Source: Thermodesulfobacteriota bacterium (GTDB lineage: Bacteria; Desulfobacterota; Binatia; Bin18). From it: a DNA stretch of 64,000 bases. The notes below the pieces were generated by a model, which was given only the letters and a program-made list of their open reading frames with translations, made no database searches and was not told the origin of the DNA. Each line of letters begins with the position of its first letter. Positions within the stretch are counted from its first letter, which is position 1. This document shows positions 9,717-19,113 of the stretch, piece after piece. The stretch covers positions 640,001 through 704,000 of the forward strand of contig OZ219926.1 of NCBI GenBank assembly GCA_964291405.2, given 5' to 3'. A program made the translations under genes and the position numbers.

Positions 9717-9736
9717 ACCGATGGACGGAGATTGCC

Positions 9737-10804
9737 CTATTGGAGAGTCTCAGGGCGGACCGACGGGGTTTCGACTTGCTTCAGCACCTGTTGGGCAATC
9801 TCAAGAAAAGTCTGACTTTGCGGGTGGCCAGGCTGGGCGATCACCAGCGGTATGCCCGCATCTCCTCCGGCAACAATCTCGTGGACGAGAGGAACCTGGC
9901 CGAGGAAGGGCAGGTGAAACCGTTCGGCCATTTTCACTCCGCTGCCGTGAGAAAAAATATGCGCTTCGTGCCCACAGGAACGGCAAATCAGGTAGCTCAT
10001 ATTCTCGATCACGCCTAAGACTGGAACGGAGACTTCCTCGAACATCTTGATACCGCGCCGCGCATCAAGCAGCGCCACATCCTGGGGCGTTGTCACGATA
10101 ACCCCGCCGGAGAGCGGGACCTTTTGCACCATGGTCAACTGGGCATCACCGGTGCCGGGCGGCAGGTCAACAACCAGCACGTCCAATTCTCCCCACTCGA
10201 CCTTAGTGATAAACTCGGTCAGCAGCTTGTCGATCATCGGTCCGCGCCAAATGACAGCGTGACCATCTGGAATCAGGAAGCCCATAGACATGATCTGCAT
10301 GTCGTATTTGGCAACTGGGATCAATCGTTTATCTTCCGTACTCTTGGGCTTCTCGGTAATGCCCAGCATGAGTGGGATACTCGGTCCATAAACGTCGGCG
10401 TCCATCACTCCAACCCGCTGGCCTGTTCGCGCCAGCGCGGTTGCCAGGTTCACCGAAACCGTTGATTTTCCAACCCCACCCTTGCCGCTGGCCACCGCGA
10501 TCACATGCCGCACCCCTGGGATCCCAGGCTTGGACTGGGGCGTGGGTTGTGGGGCGGCCGGCTGCTGGATGGAAATCTCTACAGGCAGTTGAACGAGCGG
10601 GCTCAGCGTTTCAATCACCCGCTGTCGAATGTTTGCGATGACCTCCGCATTGCCGGTTGAAGGGGCGAGCTCTACCGTTACCGCCGCGCCGCCGACTGCA
10701 ATGTCCTTGACCACGCCGAAGGCGACAATATCCCGGCTAAAGCCGGGATATTTGACCTGTTTGAGCGCTTCTAATAATTCCTGGGGTGTTGGTGGTGTTG
10801 ACAT
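9737..10804 (-). CDS. apbC: Mrp/ApbC/NBP35-family Fe-S carrier ATPase (copy 2)
   Basis: N-terminal DUF59-like YPGFSRDIV; ASGKGGVGKST; DADVYGPS; WRGP; DLPPGTGD; TTPQ; ENMS..CRSC. Confidence 0.95.
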   Translation of the reverse strand: MSTPPTPQELLEALKQVKYPGFSRDIVAFGVVKDIAVGGAAVTVELAPSTGNAEVIANIRQRVIETLSPLVQLPVEISIQQPAAPQPTPQSKPGIPGVRHVIAVASGKGGVGKSTVSVNLATALARTGQRVGVMDADVYGPSIPLMLGITEKPKSTEDKRLIPVAKYDMQIMSMGFLIPDGHAVIWRGPMIDKLLTEFITKVEWGELDVLVVDLPPGTGDAQLTMVQKVPLSGGVIVTTPQDVALLDARRGIKMFEEVSVPVLGVIENMSYLICRSCGHEAHIFSHGSGVKMAERFHLPFLGQVPLVHEIVAGGDAGIPLVIAQPGHPQSQTFLEIAQQVLKQVETPSVRPETLQ

Positions 10805-10814
10805 AGCTGCGCCT

Positions 10815-11141
10815 TTAGGGTGTCCCCTCGGGGTTGTTGTGGCTGTGCGGATTGTCTTGGCTCTCGCCTAAACTCCGCAGGTAGGCGAAGGTGTAAATGC
10901 CCGTTTCGTGGCCATCGCCCCAGGTCGGATTCACGGCATAGTTGCCGACCATATCGATACTCACGAGTTGGGGATTTTCCACCTCAATAAAGTGGCGTTC
11001 GCCACCATGACCCTGGCAGACCGCGCACGGACACCAGCCCCGCAGATAGGCGAAGGGATAGTCGTTCAGGGTATCGTCATCCCACAGCACCCGCAGGAGC
11101 CGATCTTCCGGGATGGGCGTTAGGAGCAGGGGAGTCGGCAT
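10815..11141 (-). CDS. DUF971 / GBBH-like N-terminal domain protein
   Basis: WDD, YLRGWCPCAVCQGH, VGNYAV..WGDGHETGIYTFAYLR. Confidence 0.9.
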   Translation of the reverse strand: MPTPLLLTPIPEDRLLRVLWDDDTLNDYPFAYLRGWCPCAVCQGHGGERHFIEVENPQLVSIDMVGNYAVNPTWGDGHETGIYTFAYLRSLGESQDNPHSHNNPEGTP

Positions 11142-11160
11142 AGCGTTACATCCTCGTTAT

Positions 11161-12249
11161 TTAGTGGATCAACTGGGGCAGTTGCATTTCCTCTGCCGCG
11201 ACGACCTGTCGTGCAATCCCAAAAAACTCCTGGGCAACCGGATGATCGGGAGCCGAGACAACCACCGGCTTGCCGGCGTCGGCACCAGCGCGGACTTCTT
11301 CAACCAGGGGAACCTCGCCCAGAACCTTCAGACCCGTTTTCCGTGCGCCGCCATGGCCGAAGATTTCTTCTTTTTCGTGGCAGACAGGACACTCGTAAAA
11401 ACTCATGTTCTCGATAACCCCGAGAAGCGGCACGTTGACCTGTTTGAACATGCTGATCCCACGCTGGACATCAAGCAGGGCGACATCTTGCGGCGTCGTC
11501 ACGACAACACCCCCATGCAGGGGCACTTCCTGAGCCAAGGTGAGGGCGATATCCCCCGTGCCAGGCGGTAGGTCCACAACTAAGTAGTCCAATTCACTCC
11601 AGATAACGTCCCGCAGAAACTGGCGGATAATGCTCATCACAATGGGTCCACGCCAGATCACCGGAGATTGGTCATCCAGAAAAAAGCCCATTGAGATGAG
11701 GCTGACCCCATACTTTTCAACCGGGTAGATCTTTTTGTCCTGCCCGGCCCGTGGCGTGGCCTCGGTCCCCATCATCAGCGGCACACTAGGCCCATAAATA
11801 TCGGCATCAAGCAGCCCAACTCTATGTCCTAACGACGCCAGTGCCAGGGTGAGGTTGACCGCAACCGTAGATTTCCCGACCCCACCTTTGCCGCTGGCCA
11901 CGGCCAGAATACGCCGCACACCAGGAATATCCGCTCGCTCTCGCACGGCTTGATTGCCCGCTTTGCCGCCCTGGTCTGGTTGCCCGGTTTGAGCGGGGAA
12001 TGCATGGATATGGACGTGCACGATCTCGGGTAAGGTCGTCAATTCTTGCGTTATGCGCCCACGCAGGTGCCGAAGCACATCTTCTTTGATACTGCTTGCC
12101 CGAATATGCACCACCGCACTGTCTGCCTGAACTTGGACCTTGCCAACGAGTCCTAACGTCACAATATCCCGCTGCGAGCCTGGATATTGAATCTGACTGA
12201 GACGCTCAGTGATACGAGTGTGGATGTCAGGGGTGTTGTGTTCGTCCAC
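11161..12249 (-). CDS. apbC: Mrp/ApbC/NBP35-family Fe-S carrier ATPase (copy 1)
   Basis: YPGSQRDIV; ASGKGGVGKST; DLPPGTGD; ENMSFYECPVC; GTG start with AGAGGA RBS. Confidence 0.95.
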   Translation of the reverse strand: MDEHNTPDIHTRITERLSQIQYPGSQRDIVTLGLVGKVQVQADSAVVHIRASSIKEDVLRHLRGRITQELTTLPEIVHVHIHAFPAQTGQPDQGGKAGNQAVRERADIPGVRRILAVASGKGGVGKSTVAVNLTLALASLGHRVGLLDADIYGPSVPLMMGTEATPRAGQDKKIYPVEKYGVSLISMGFFLDDQSPVIWRGPIVMSIIRQFLRDVIWSELDYLVVDLPPGTGDIALTLAQEVPLHGGVVVTTPQDVALLDVQRGISMFKQVNVPLLGVIENMSFYECPVCHEKEEIFGHGGARKTGLKVLGEVPLVEEVRAGADAGKPVVVSAPDHPVAQEFFGIARQVVAAEEMQLPQLIH

Positions 12250-12321
12250 TCGGTCCTCTCTTTAGCATCAAATCTGCTATCGATTTCTTCTTAATACATT
12301 GGCGACGGCAAAATACGTGCA

Positions 12322-12346
12322 AATGTAGACTTGTAAAGTCTACATT
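12322..12346. promoter_or_regulatory. Perfect 11-3-11 inverted repeat; candidate Rrf2/IscR-type operator
   Basis: AATGTAGACTT-GTA-AAGTCTACATT with GACT-N5-AGTC core, 73-97 bp upstream of the first Mrp gene. Confidence 0.75.
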
Positions 12347-12388
12347 ATCAAGCCCAGGTGATCCATTCAAGAATGGTCGTGTTGCGCT

Positions 12389-12646
12389 TTAGAAAGGCCA
12401 CGCATACGGAATGCAAATCATTGACACAAGGAACAGCAGGACCTTGAGGGGAATAACGATCTTCACAAAATCCAGGAAACGATATCCACCCGCTCCATAG
12501 ACCATAAGGTTGGTTTGGTGCCCAAGTGGAGATGCAAAGCTCGACGACGCGGCGACAGTCACAGCAATCGCAAAGGGTCTGGCATCAACCCGAGACCGGA
12601 GTGCAGCTTCGCAGGCAGTGGGAAAGACGAGTGCGACATTCGACAT
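12389..12646 (-). pseudogene. C-terminal remnant of an SLC13/DASS-type (TrkA-C associated) permease
   Basis: PFAIAVTVAASSSFASPLGHQTNLMVYGAGGYRFLDFVK...WPF is the SLC13 C-terminus, but only about 85 aa are present. Confidence 0.75.
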
Positions 12647-12733
12647 ATCACCCGCCCTGACGGTCGAACGAGCCGGCGATGAAGACGGCTCCGCTGAAGA
12701 GGTCAACGCCAATAGCAGACGCGCCGAGCCTTT

Positions 12734-13267
12734 TCAGTTGGCGTCTTCTTTTTCTTCTTTCCTTTGGGGTGGCAGAGTGGGCGTCTCCGGGGGGGTGGCT
12801 GAAACGCTCCTGAGTAAAATATACGGATCGCCACCAATACCCATTCCCCGCGTAATACCCATCGTCCCGTACTGATAGCCGATCAACGTCCCGGTAAACC
12901 AGTACGACTCGCCCTTGAGAGGGATATCTTTCACAAGAGCCCGGTCCGCATAAAACAGGAGTATCCGGTCCATGATACTCGCCTTCATGGAAACGACACC
13001 ATTACCGACAACCAAGGTCGGAAGCATCGTCATCCCATAGTATTCCACGTACTCAACCTCACCCGTCTGCCTATCTCGGATAAAATAGCGTCGTTTGTCT
13101 CGATCAGGGAAACGTCGGAAGCCACCTGTCACCGTGATCTCTTGCCCGACTTTTTGGTTTGCGAAAAAGCGTACAAATGCATCCGCCCACACCTCCGCAC
13201 TGGGGTAGAAGAACACCATTCCAAGGAAGAGAGGGAGCCAAAGCGTCGCCGTGCGACATCCCCTCAT
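12734..13267 (-). CDS. Hypothetical exported protein
   Basis: Start re-picked at MRGCRTATLWLPLFLG (signal peptide ending VWA-D; GGAG RBS); no family recognised. Confidence 0.65.
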   Translation of the reverse strand: MRGCRTATLWLPLFLGMVFFYPSAEVWADAFVRFFANQKVGQEITVTGGFRRFPDRDKRRYFIRDRQTGEVEYVEYYGMTMLPTLVVGNGVVSMKASIMDRILLFYADRALVKDIPLKGESYWFTGTLIGYQYGTMGITRGMGIGGDPYILLRSVSATPPETPTLPPQRKEEKEDAN

Positions 13268-13407
13268 CGTCTTCTCCTCTTGCCAGAAGCTTACCGCCCG
13301 CAGTCTATGTAATTTCCAGACAAAAGAAAAGGATTGCTGCCCTTGCCGCTCTCTTGCCGTCCCGCTCCTTTCAGGCCACAATAAGTGAGGATGTGCAGGA
13401 GGGTGTA

Positions 13408-14004
13408 ATGCGGCGAAACTGGCGTGCAAAACTGACTCCTTTTCAGCAGCGAATCTTTGATCGGAGCACTGCGGTCACAACGATTGAATTTGATCCGACC
13501 TCACAACTTCGAGCAGCGATCAAAGCCCTGCCCGCCGCGCTTGAGGCAGAAGAGCAAGCCCGTGTCGCAGCGCTCTCCCAAACCATTGTCAATCACATCT
13601 GCCGGCAGCTCAGGGTCCGCACGGTCCAGGTCCGCGTACACGGCACCCGTCCTTCAAACCAACAGGGGGAACTCCACGGGCTCTATACGCAATACAGCGG
13701 AGGCAGTAAAAATGATTCGATCCAAGTCTGGATGCGAACGGCAAAACGAAAACAAACCGTTGCGTTCCGAACCTTTCTTAGAACCCTGTTACATGAGGTC
13801 TGCCATCATTTAGACTATACCTACTTCCACTTCCGAGAATCCTATCATACTGAGGGGTTCTTTCAGCGCGAATCCAGCCTCTTTCACCGCTTAATGTCTC
13901 CAACGACACAACCGTCGCAGGCGGCTCAGAAGCCGTCCCAGTCCTTATCCTCTCTGGCACAGGAATTCCTCCCAAGTCAGAGGCAGACTCAGCCGGAACG
14001 CTAG
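13408..14004 (+). CDS. Putative SprT-like zinc metalloprotease-domain protein
   Basis: Start after a GGAGGG RBS; [20 protein letters not shown] (HExxH plus distal His). Confidence 0.6.
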   Translation: MRRNWRAKLTPFQQRIFDRSTAVTTIEFDPTSQLRAAIKALPAALEAEEQARVAALSQTIVNHICRQLRVRTVQVRVHGTRPSNQQGELHGLYTQYSGGSKNDSIQVWMRTAKRKQTVAFRTFLRTLLHEVCHHLDYTYFHFRESYHTEGFFQRESSLFHRLMSPTTQPSQAAQKPSQSLSSLAQEFLPSQRQTQPER

Positions 14005-14108
14005 CGACCACTAACCAGAACTCTTGGACATCCGACTCGGCCTCATGTCTTCCTCTTCCTTTGTGCTATAGTGCTCTTCTAAAAAACGTTCGGCAATCCA
14101 GGAAGGAA

Positions 14109-15410
14109 ATGCCTATGCCTGAGTGGGTTTATGTCAAGGATATTGCCCAATACGAAGGGCAAGAAGTCGAGCTCCGCGGCTGGTTGTACAACAAGCGCTC
14201 CAGCGGAAAGCTGCACTTTCTTCAAGTGCGCGACGGCACCGGCACGATCCAGTGTGTGGTATTCAAGGGTGACGTCTCAGCCGAGGCCTTTGCCTTAGGA
14301 CAGGATCTCACCCAGGAGTCGTCCGTTATTGTCCGGGGCACAGTCCGGGCTGATAGGCGCTCGTCGATTGGCTTCGAACTCGGCGTGAGCGGCGTACACC
14401 TCACCCAGCAGGCCCACGCCTACCCGATTACCCCCAAAGAGCATGGGGTTGCCTTTCTGCTCGACCACCGCCACCTGTGGCTTCGCTCCTCACGCCAGCA
14501 GGCGCTCTTGCGTATTCGCAGTGAAGTCATAAAAGCGTGTCGAGACTACTTCGATACGCATGGTTTTACCCTGCTCGATGCCCCGATCTTCACCCCGGCC
14601 GCCTGTGAAGGAACAACCACCCTTTTCCCGGTCGACTATTTCGATGACACCGTCTATCTCACCCAGAGCGGTCAGCTCTATATGGAAGCCGGCGCCATGG
14701 CGTTCGGCAAAGTCTACTGCTGCGGCCCGACCTTTCGTGCTGAGAAATCCAAAACGCGACGCCATCTGACTGAATTTTGGATGATTGAGCCCGAAGTGGC
14801 CTACTGCGACCTATATGGTGACATGGACTTGGCTGAAGATTTTCTGGAGGCTGTTGTCCAGCGCGTCCTGACCAACCGACAAGCGGAACTCCAGACGCTT
14901 GAGCGTGATATCGCAAAACTCACTCAGGTAAGAAAGCCGTTTCCGCGTATCAGCTACAGCGAGGCTATAGAACGCCTGCAAGCTAAGGGCGTTGATATTC
15001 AATGGGGAGACGACTTTGGCGGGGATGACGAAACCGTTTTATCCGAACAATTCGACCGTCCGGTTATCGTCCATCGCTATCCGATAAACAACAAAGCCTT
15101 CTATATGAAGACCGACCCGCAGGACGCCACCGTTGCCCTCTGCATGGACGTCTTAGCGCCAGAAGGCTATGGCGAGATCATCGGGGGCGGGCAGCGAGAA
15201 GACGACCTCGCCGTCTTACGAGGGAAGCTGGAGGCGCATGACCTGTCTGAAGAAGCCTTCTCTTGGTATCTTGACCTGAGACGCTACGGCTCCGTTCCCC
15301 ATGCAGGTTTTGGCATGGGCATTGAGCGCATGGTCACTTGGTTGTGCGGTCTGCACCACGTCCGAGAATCAATTCCATTTCCCAGAATGTTAGAACGGGT
15401 AACACCCTAA
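14109..15410 (+). CDS. asnS: Asparagine--tRNA ligase
   Basis: OB-fold [59 protein letters not shown]. Confidence 0.97.
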   Translation: MPMPEWVYVKDIAQYEGQEVELRGWLYNKRSSGKLHFLQVRDGTGTIQCVVFKGDVSAEAFALGQDLTQESSVIVRGTVRADRRSSIGFELGVSGVHLTQQAHAYPITPKEHGVAFLLDHRHLWLRSSRQQALLRIRSEVIKACRDYFDTHGFTLLDAPIFTPAACEGTTTLFPVDYFDDTVYLTQSGQLYMEAGAMAFGKVYCCGPTFRAEKSKTRRHLTEFWMIEPEVAYCDLYGDMDLAEDFLEAVVQRVLTNRQAELQTLERDIAKLTQVRKPFPRISYSEAIERLQAKGVDIQWGDDFGGDDETVLSEQFDRPVIVHRYPINNKAFYMKTDPQDATVALCMDVLAPEGYGEIIGGGQREDDLAVLRGKLEAHDLSEEAFSWYLDLRRYGSVPHAGFGMGIERMVTWLCGLHHVRESIPFPRMLERVTP

Positions 15411-15414
15411 CAGA

Positions 15415-16725
15415 TCACTGGAGAGCAGAGGCGGTCTTTGGCGCGGTCTCCGGCACGCGCGGAGCTTGCTCTTCTCGGATTGCTCGCAGCAAGGCAACAT
15501 TGTCCCCATGTCCCGTCCGGTAGGCAGTCACTTTGCCGCGGATAGGTTGGCCTAAGAGGTAGAGGTCGCCAAGCAGGTCAAGAATCTTGTGGCGGACAAG
15601 TTCATCCTCAAAGCGGAGTGGCGGATTGATAATCCCTTGCTCGCCAATTACGAGGCAGTTATTCAGCCGGCCGCCATTGGCAAGACCCATCTCTTCAAGT
15701 GCTTCAATCTCCTTGAGAAAGCCGAAGGTCCGTGCCGGCGCGATCGTCCCACGATAGCTGTCCGCATCACGCTGGACGTAGTGAAACTCCTGTCTGCCAA
15801 CTGGCTCTGGATACTCTAGACAATAGTCGATCTCAAGCTGCTCCGAGGGCTCAATGCGGAGGAACTTACCCGCACTATGGTCACCGACCTGATAGGTCCG
15901 GTCTACGCTCAACGCCTCTATCTCTTCGTCTTGTTCAACGATTCCAGCACTGTCGAGCAACTGACAAAATTCCAGCGCCGATCCATCGAGAATAGGAACC
16001 TCCCCCTGCATTTTAATGAGCAGATTGGTGATGTTATAGCCGTGCAGCGCCGAGAGCAGATGTTCAACCGTTTTCACTCCCGTCCCCTCCCGATACAAGC
16101 TGGTTGCGTAGCCGGTCGATTGAACATACTCGACCGTAGCTGGAATCAGGACGTCTGAGGACAAGGGACCGAAAACAATGCCGCTGCCCGGCGGTAAAGG
16201 GTGTAAAATAATCCCCGTGCGCACCCCCGAGTGAAGCCCCCGACCATGCACGACCACACTCTGGCGAATGGTCCGGGCCGGGATTTTCTGCGTCATGTGT
16301 GCGGCGGGAAAGTCCGTATCAGCCGTAGCGGCGGCTATTTGGGCAGTGGTGGGGTGACTCGGCTCTGTTCCCAGGGCACGGTGGACCGAACGGAGTAAGG
16401 TATCCAGCGAGAAGGGCTTTTCAAGGAAATCGGCGGCTCCGAGTTTTGTGGCGCGGACGGCTGTTTCGATCGTTCCGTGACCGGAAATCACAATAATCGG
16501 CAGTTCAGGCTCCCGAGACTGGAGTTGTTCGAGCAGAGTGATCCCATCGACGTGCGGCATCCAGATGTCGAGGAGAACCAGACACGGTTGCCACGTAGCG
16601 ACCAAGTCAAGAACGTTTTCACCCGAGTCCGCCTCAAACGTACGGAACCCTTCATCTTGCAAAACGCCCCGTAACATCGTCCGGATTTTTTCTTCGTCAT
16701 CCACAATTAAGATCGGCGCTTCCAT
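15415..16725 (-). CDS. lpxC: Response-regulator receiver domain fused to UDP-3-O-acyl-GlcNAc deacetylase LpxC
   Basis: REC: LIVDDEE, LLDIWMP, ISGHG, FLEKPF. LpxC: GRGLHSG, TVEHLLSAL, EVPILDGSA, APARTFGF, HKILDLLGDL, TGH. Single ORF; alternative start at 16746. Confidence 0.95.
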   Translation of the reverse strand: MEAPILIVDDEEKIRTMLRGVLQDEGFRTFEADSGENVLDLVATWQPCLVLLDIWMPHVDGITLLEQLQSREPELPIIVISGHGTIETAVRATKLGAADFLEKPFSLDTLLRSVHRALGTEPSHPTTAQIAAATADTDFPAAHMTQKIPARTIRQSVVVHGRGLHSGVRTGIILHPLPPGSGIVFGPLSSDVLIPATVEYVQSTGYATSLYREGTGVKTVEHLLSALHGYNITNLLIKMQGEVPILDGSALEFCQLLDSAGIVEQDEEIEALSVDRTYQVGDHSAGKFLRIEPSEQLEIDYCLEYPEPVGRQEFHYVQRDADSYRGTIAPARTFGFLKEIEALEEMGLANGGRLNNCLVIGEQGIINPPLRFEDELVRHKILDLLGDLYLLGQPIRGKVTAYRTGHGDNVALLRAIREEQAPRVPETAPKTASALQ

Positions 16726-16742
16726 AGACGTCCCCCCCTGCC

Positions 16743-19022
16743 TCACGCTGCGTCTTCAATGGACGGCGACGAAGGCTTCTCACGCAGCATCTCTGTCTGA
16801 CGAGTACTGCTGCGCACAGGCATCTCAATAATGAACCGGCTGCCTCGTGGCGTATTGTCTCGTACACGGATAAAGGCCTGATGGTCCGCCACCACGGTGG
16901 CAACAATGGCCAGCCCGAGCCCGGTCCCGTCCTTTTTGGTTGAAAAATACGGCTCAAACAACCGCTCCTTTATGTCTGGCGGGATCCCACAGCCATTATC
17001 AGCGACTTCGATACGCGCAATGCCAAGCGAGCGCATATATCGAGTCGTGACTTCGATACGGCCCGGAGGTTCCTCCGGCCCTTCTCGGCAGGCGACAACA
17101 GCATTGTCTAGCAGATTACGCAGGACGCGGCGCATCCCCTCGCGGTCAAGCTCGAACAACGGTAGGGAGTGGTCCGGCATAAAGACAATGTCCAGGTCGC
17201 GGTAGGCTTCGGCGATCAGAACAATTGTCTCCTGCGCCAACGCGTTCAGGTCATGTAGACTATGCTTTCCAGCCGACAGACGGGCAAACGTGGAGAATTC
17301 GTTGACAAGTTTTTTAATCGCGTCGACTTCATGCGCAATGCTCTGCACACACTCGTCAAACACTTCGTTCCCGTCCGTAATCTGGGGACCAAACCGGCGC
17401 TGGAGGCGCTGCGCCGCAAGCTGAATCGGGGTCAGCGGATTTTTTATTTCATGCGCAATCCGACGGGCAACCTCGCGCCAGGCTTCCATACGTTCGACCT
17501 GGACGATCTGCGTTACATCCTCAAAAAAGCATAACACCCCGAGCGCATGACCACGGTCGTCAGGCAGAGAGGTGCCCGTTATTAAGAGGGAGTGGATGTG
17601 TCCATCGCGATCCAGACGGAGCTGTCCTTTCTGTTCTTGACCGGCATCGTTCCCGTTGCCGTTTTGCCCAAGAAGGAGTTCCTGAACGATGCGCTGCACT
17701 TCCTGGAACTCATTTGCGGAGAATATATCCCGATAGTCCTGTCCAATAACGCTATCGGCGTGTAAATCCAGCAATTGCTCCACCGCCCGGTTCAGGGTGG
17801 AGAGCCGGCCATCCCGATCAAACGAGACGACGCCAGCATTGATATTCCCGAGTAAGATCTCCATATAGCGACGCCGGGCCTCCAGTTCCTGGTGACTCTG
17901 CTGGAGGTCGACGGTCATCCGATTGAAGGCGGAAACGAGCGTTCCGATCTCATCCTCACCCTCTCCCTCAATCCGGTGCGCCCAGTGACCCTGAGCGACC
18001 TCCCGGGTGGCGGCCGATAATTGTTGGAGGGGAACGGTAATTTTTTTCGCCAGATAGACACCCACCCAGATCGCCGAGAAGATGACGACCAGGGTGACCA
18101 GGACCATCGTAATCACATAATTGTTTTTGATTGGCTGCTTCAATATCCTGAGCTGGCGATACTCACCCAACGCCTCAACCACCTGCAACCCTTGTCTGAC
18201 GACGTTCACGGGAACCTGGGTGCCGGCTACAACAACACCGGTCAGGTGTTCTCCAACGATGACGGGAACACCTCCGTACACCAACTCGACCTGCTCCAGC
18301 GTCACGATTTGCTGGACCTCTTCGGTTGCAGACCGGACTCGTTCCAAGAGAGTCTCGCTGAGTTGGGGAGCCGCCAGCGCTCCGCTCGTCTCCGGCGCAT
18401 TGGCCACAAGGGTGAGCGCCGCGGAGTACACGACGAGTTGGGTCAGGCCACGTTCGTGCTGCTCGCTGTTCATGCGGGATTGCAACCGCTCGTAGTGCGT
18501 CGGCTCAAGGAGTTCTTGGGCGATAATCGTCTGAGCGATTGCCCGCGCGTGCGCCAGAGTCTCATCAGCAAGACGGGCATAGACACCGTCAACGACCTCA
18601 AGCGAGCTGCTTAACGAGCGCTCAACACGCAGGGCAAACCAATTCTCGATCGATTTCGTCAGAAAACCGACCCCGATAAAGAACAAGAGTACTGCCGGGA
18701 AAAGAGAAATACCTAAAAAAGCGAGGACGAGTCGAGAGCGGAGGTGTGCACCGGGCAGCTTCCGACGGCGCTCGTAAAACAGCTTCAGCAGGTTCCGACC
18801 AACCAGGAAGACCAGCAAAACAAGCAGGATGATATTGAGATTGATCAACAGAATGAAGATAATGTTGCTGATCAGACTTTCGCCGTCGCTGAGTTGTGGC
18901 GAGCGGCTCTGAAGAAAGGCAAACAAAAAGACGCCCAGCGCTGCCGCGATGATGACAACGATCTCCCAGAACTGGCGACGTTTGTGCTCCTCCAAGCGAT
19001 TTTCGTGGACTGGGGCTTCCAT
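16743..19022 (-). CDS. ntrY: NtrY-like membrane sensor histidine kinase (HAMP-PAS-HisKA-HATPase)
   Basis: N-terminal TMs, DEIGTLVSAFNRM HAMP, PAS, AWREVARRIAHEIKNPLTPIQL H-box, NLLDNA, DNGCGI, FEPYFSTK, GTGLGL. Confidence 0.92.
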   Translation of the reverse strand: MEAPVHENRLEEHKRRQFWEIVVIIAAALGVFLFAFLQSRSPQLSDGESLISNIIFILLINLNIILLVLLVFLVGRNLLKLFYERRRKLPGAHLRSRLVLAFLGISLFPAVLLFFIGVGFLTKSIENWFALRVERSLSSSLEVVDGVYARLADETLAHARAIAQTIIAQELLEPTHYERLQSRMNSEQHERGLTQLVVYSAALTLVANAPETSGALAAPQLSETLLERVRSATEEVQQIVTLEQVELVYGGVPVIVGEHLTGVVVAGTQVPVNVVRQGLQVVEALGEYRQLRILKQPIKNNYVITMVLVTLVVIFSAIWVGVYLAKKITVPLQQLSAATREVAQGHWAHRIEGEGEDEIGTLVSAFNRMTVDLQQSHQELEARRRYMEILLGNINAGVVSFDRDGRLSTLNRAVEQLLDLHADSVIGQDYRDIFSANEFQEVQRIVQELLLGQNGNGNDAGQEQKGQLRLDRDGHIHSLLITGTSLPDDRGHALGVLCFFEDVTQIVQVERMEAWREVARRIAHEIKNPLTPIQLAAQRLQRRFGPQITDGNEVFDECVQSIAHEVDAIKKLVNEFSTFARLSAGKHSLHDLNALAQETIVLIAEAYRDLDIVFMPDHSLPLFELDREGMRRVLRNLLDNAVVACREGPEEPPGRIEVTTRYMRSLGIARIEVADNGCGIPPDIKERLFEPYFSTKKDGTGLGLAIVATVVADHQAFIRVRDNTPRGSRFIIEMPVRSSTRQTEMLREKPSSPSIEDAA

Positions 19023-19113
19023 ACTCCCTCGCCCTGCTCATATCAGCAGCAAAGACAGTGAAGATATACCATCATAATCAGAGTTCCACCATTATCCATT
19101 TGGATCGCTTTCG

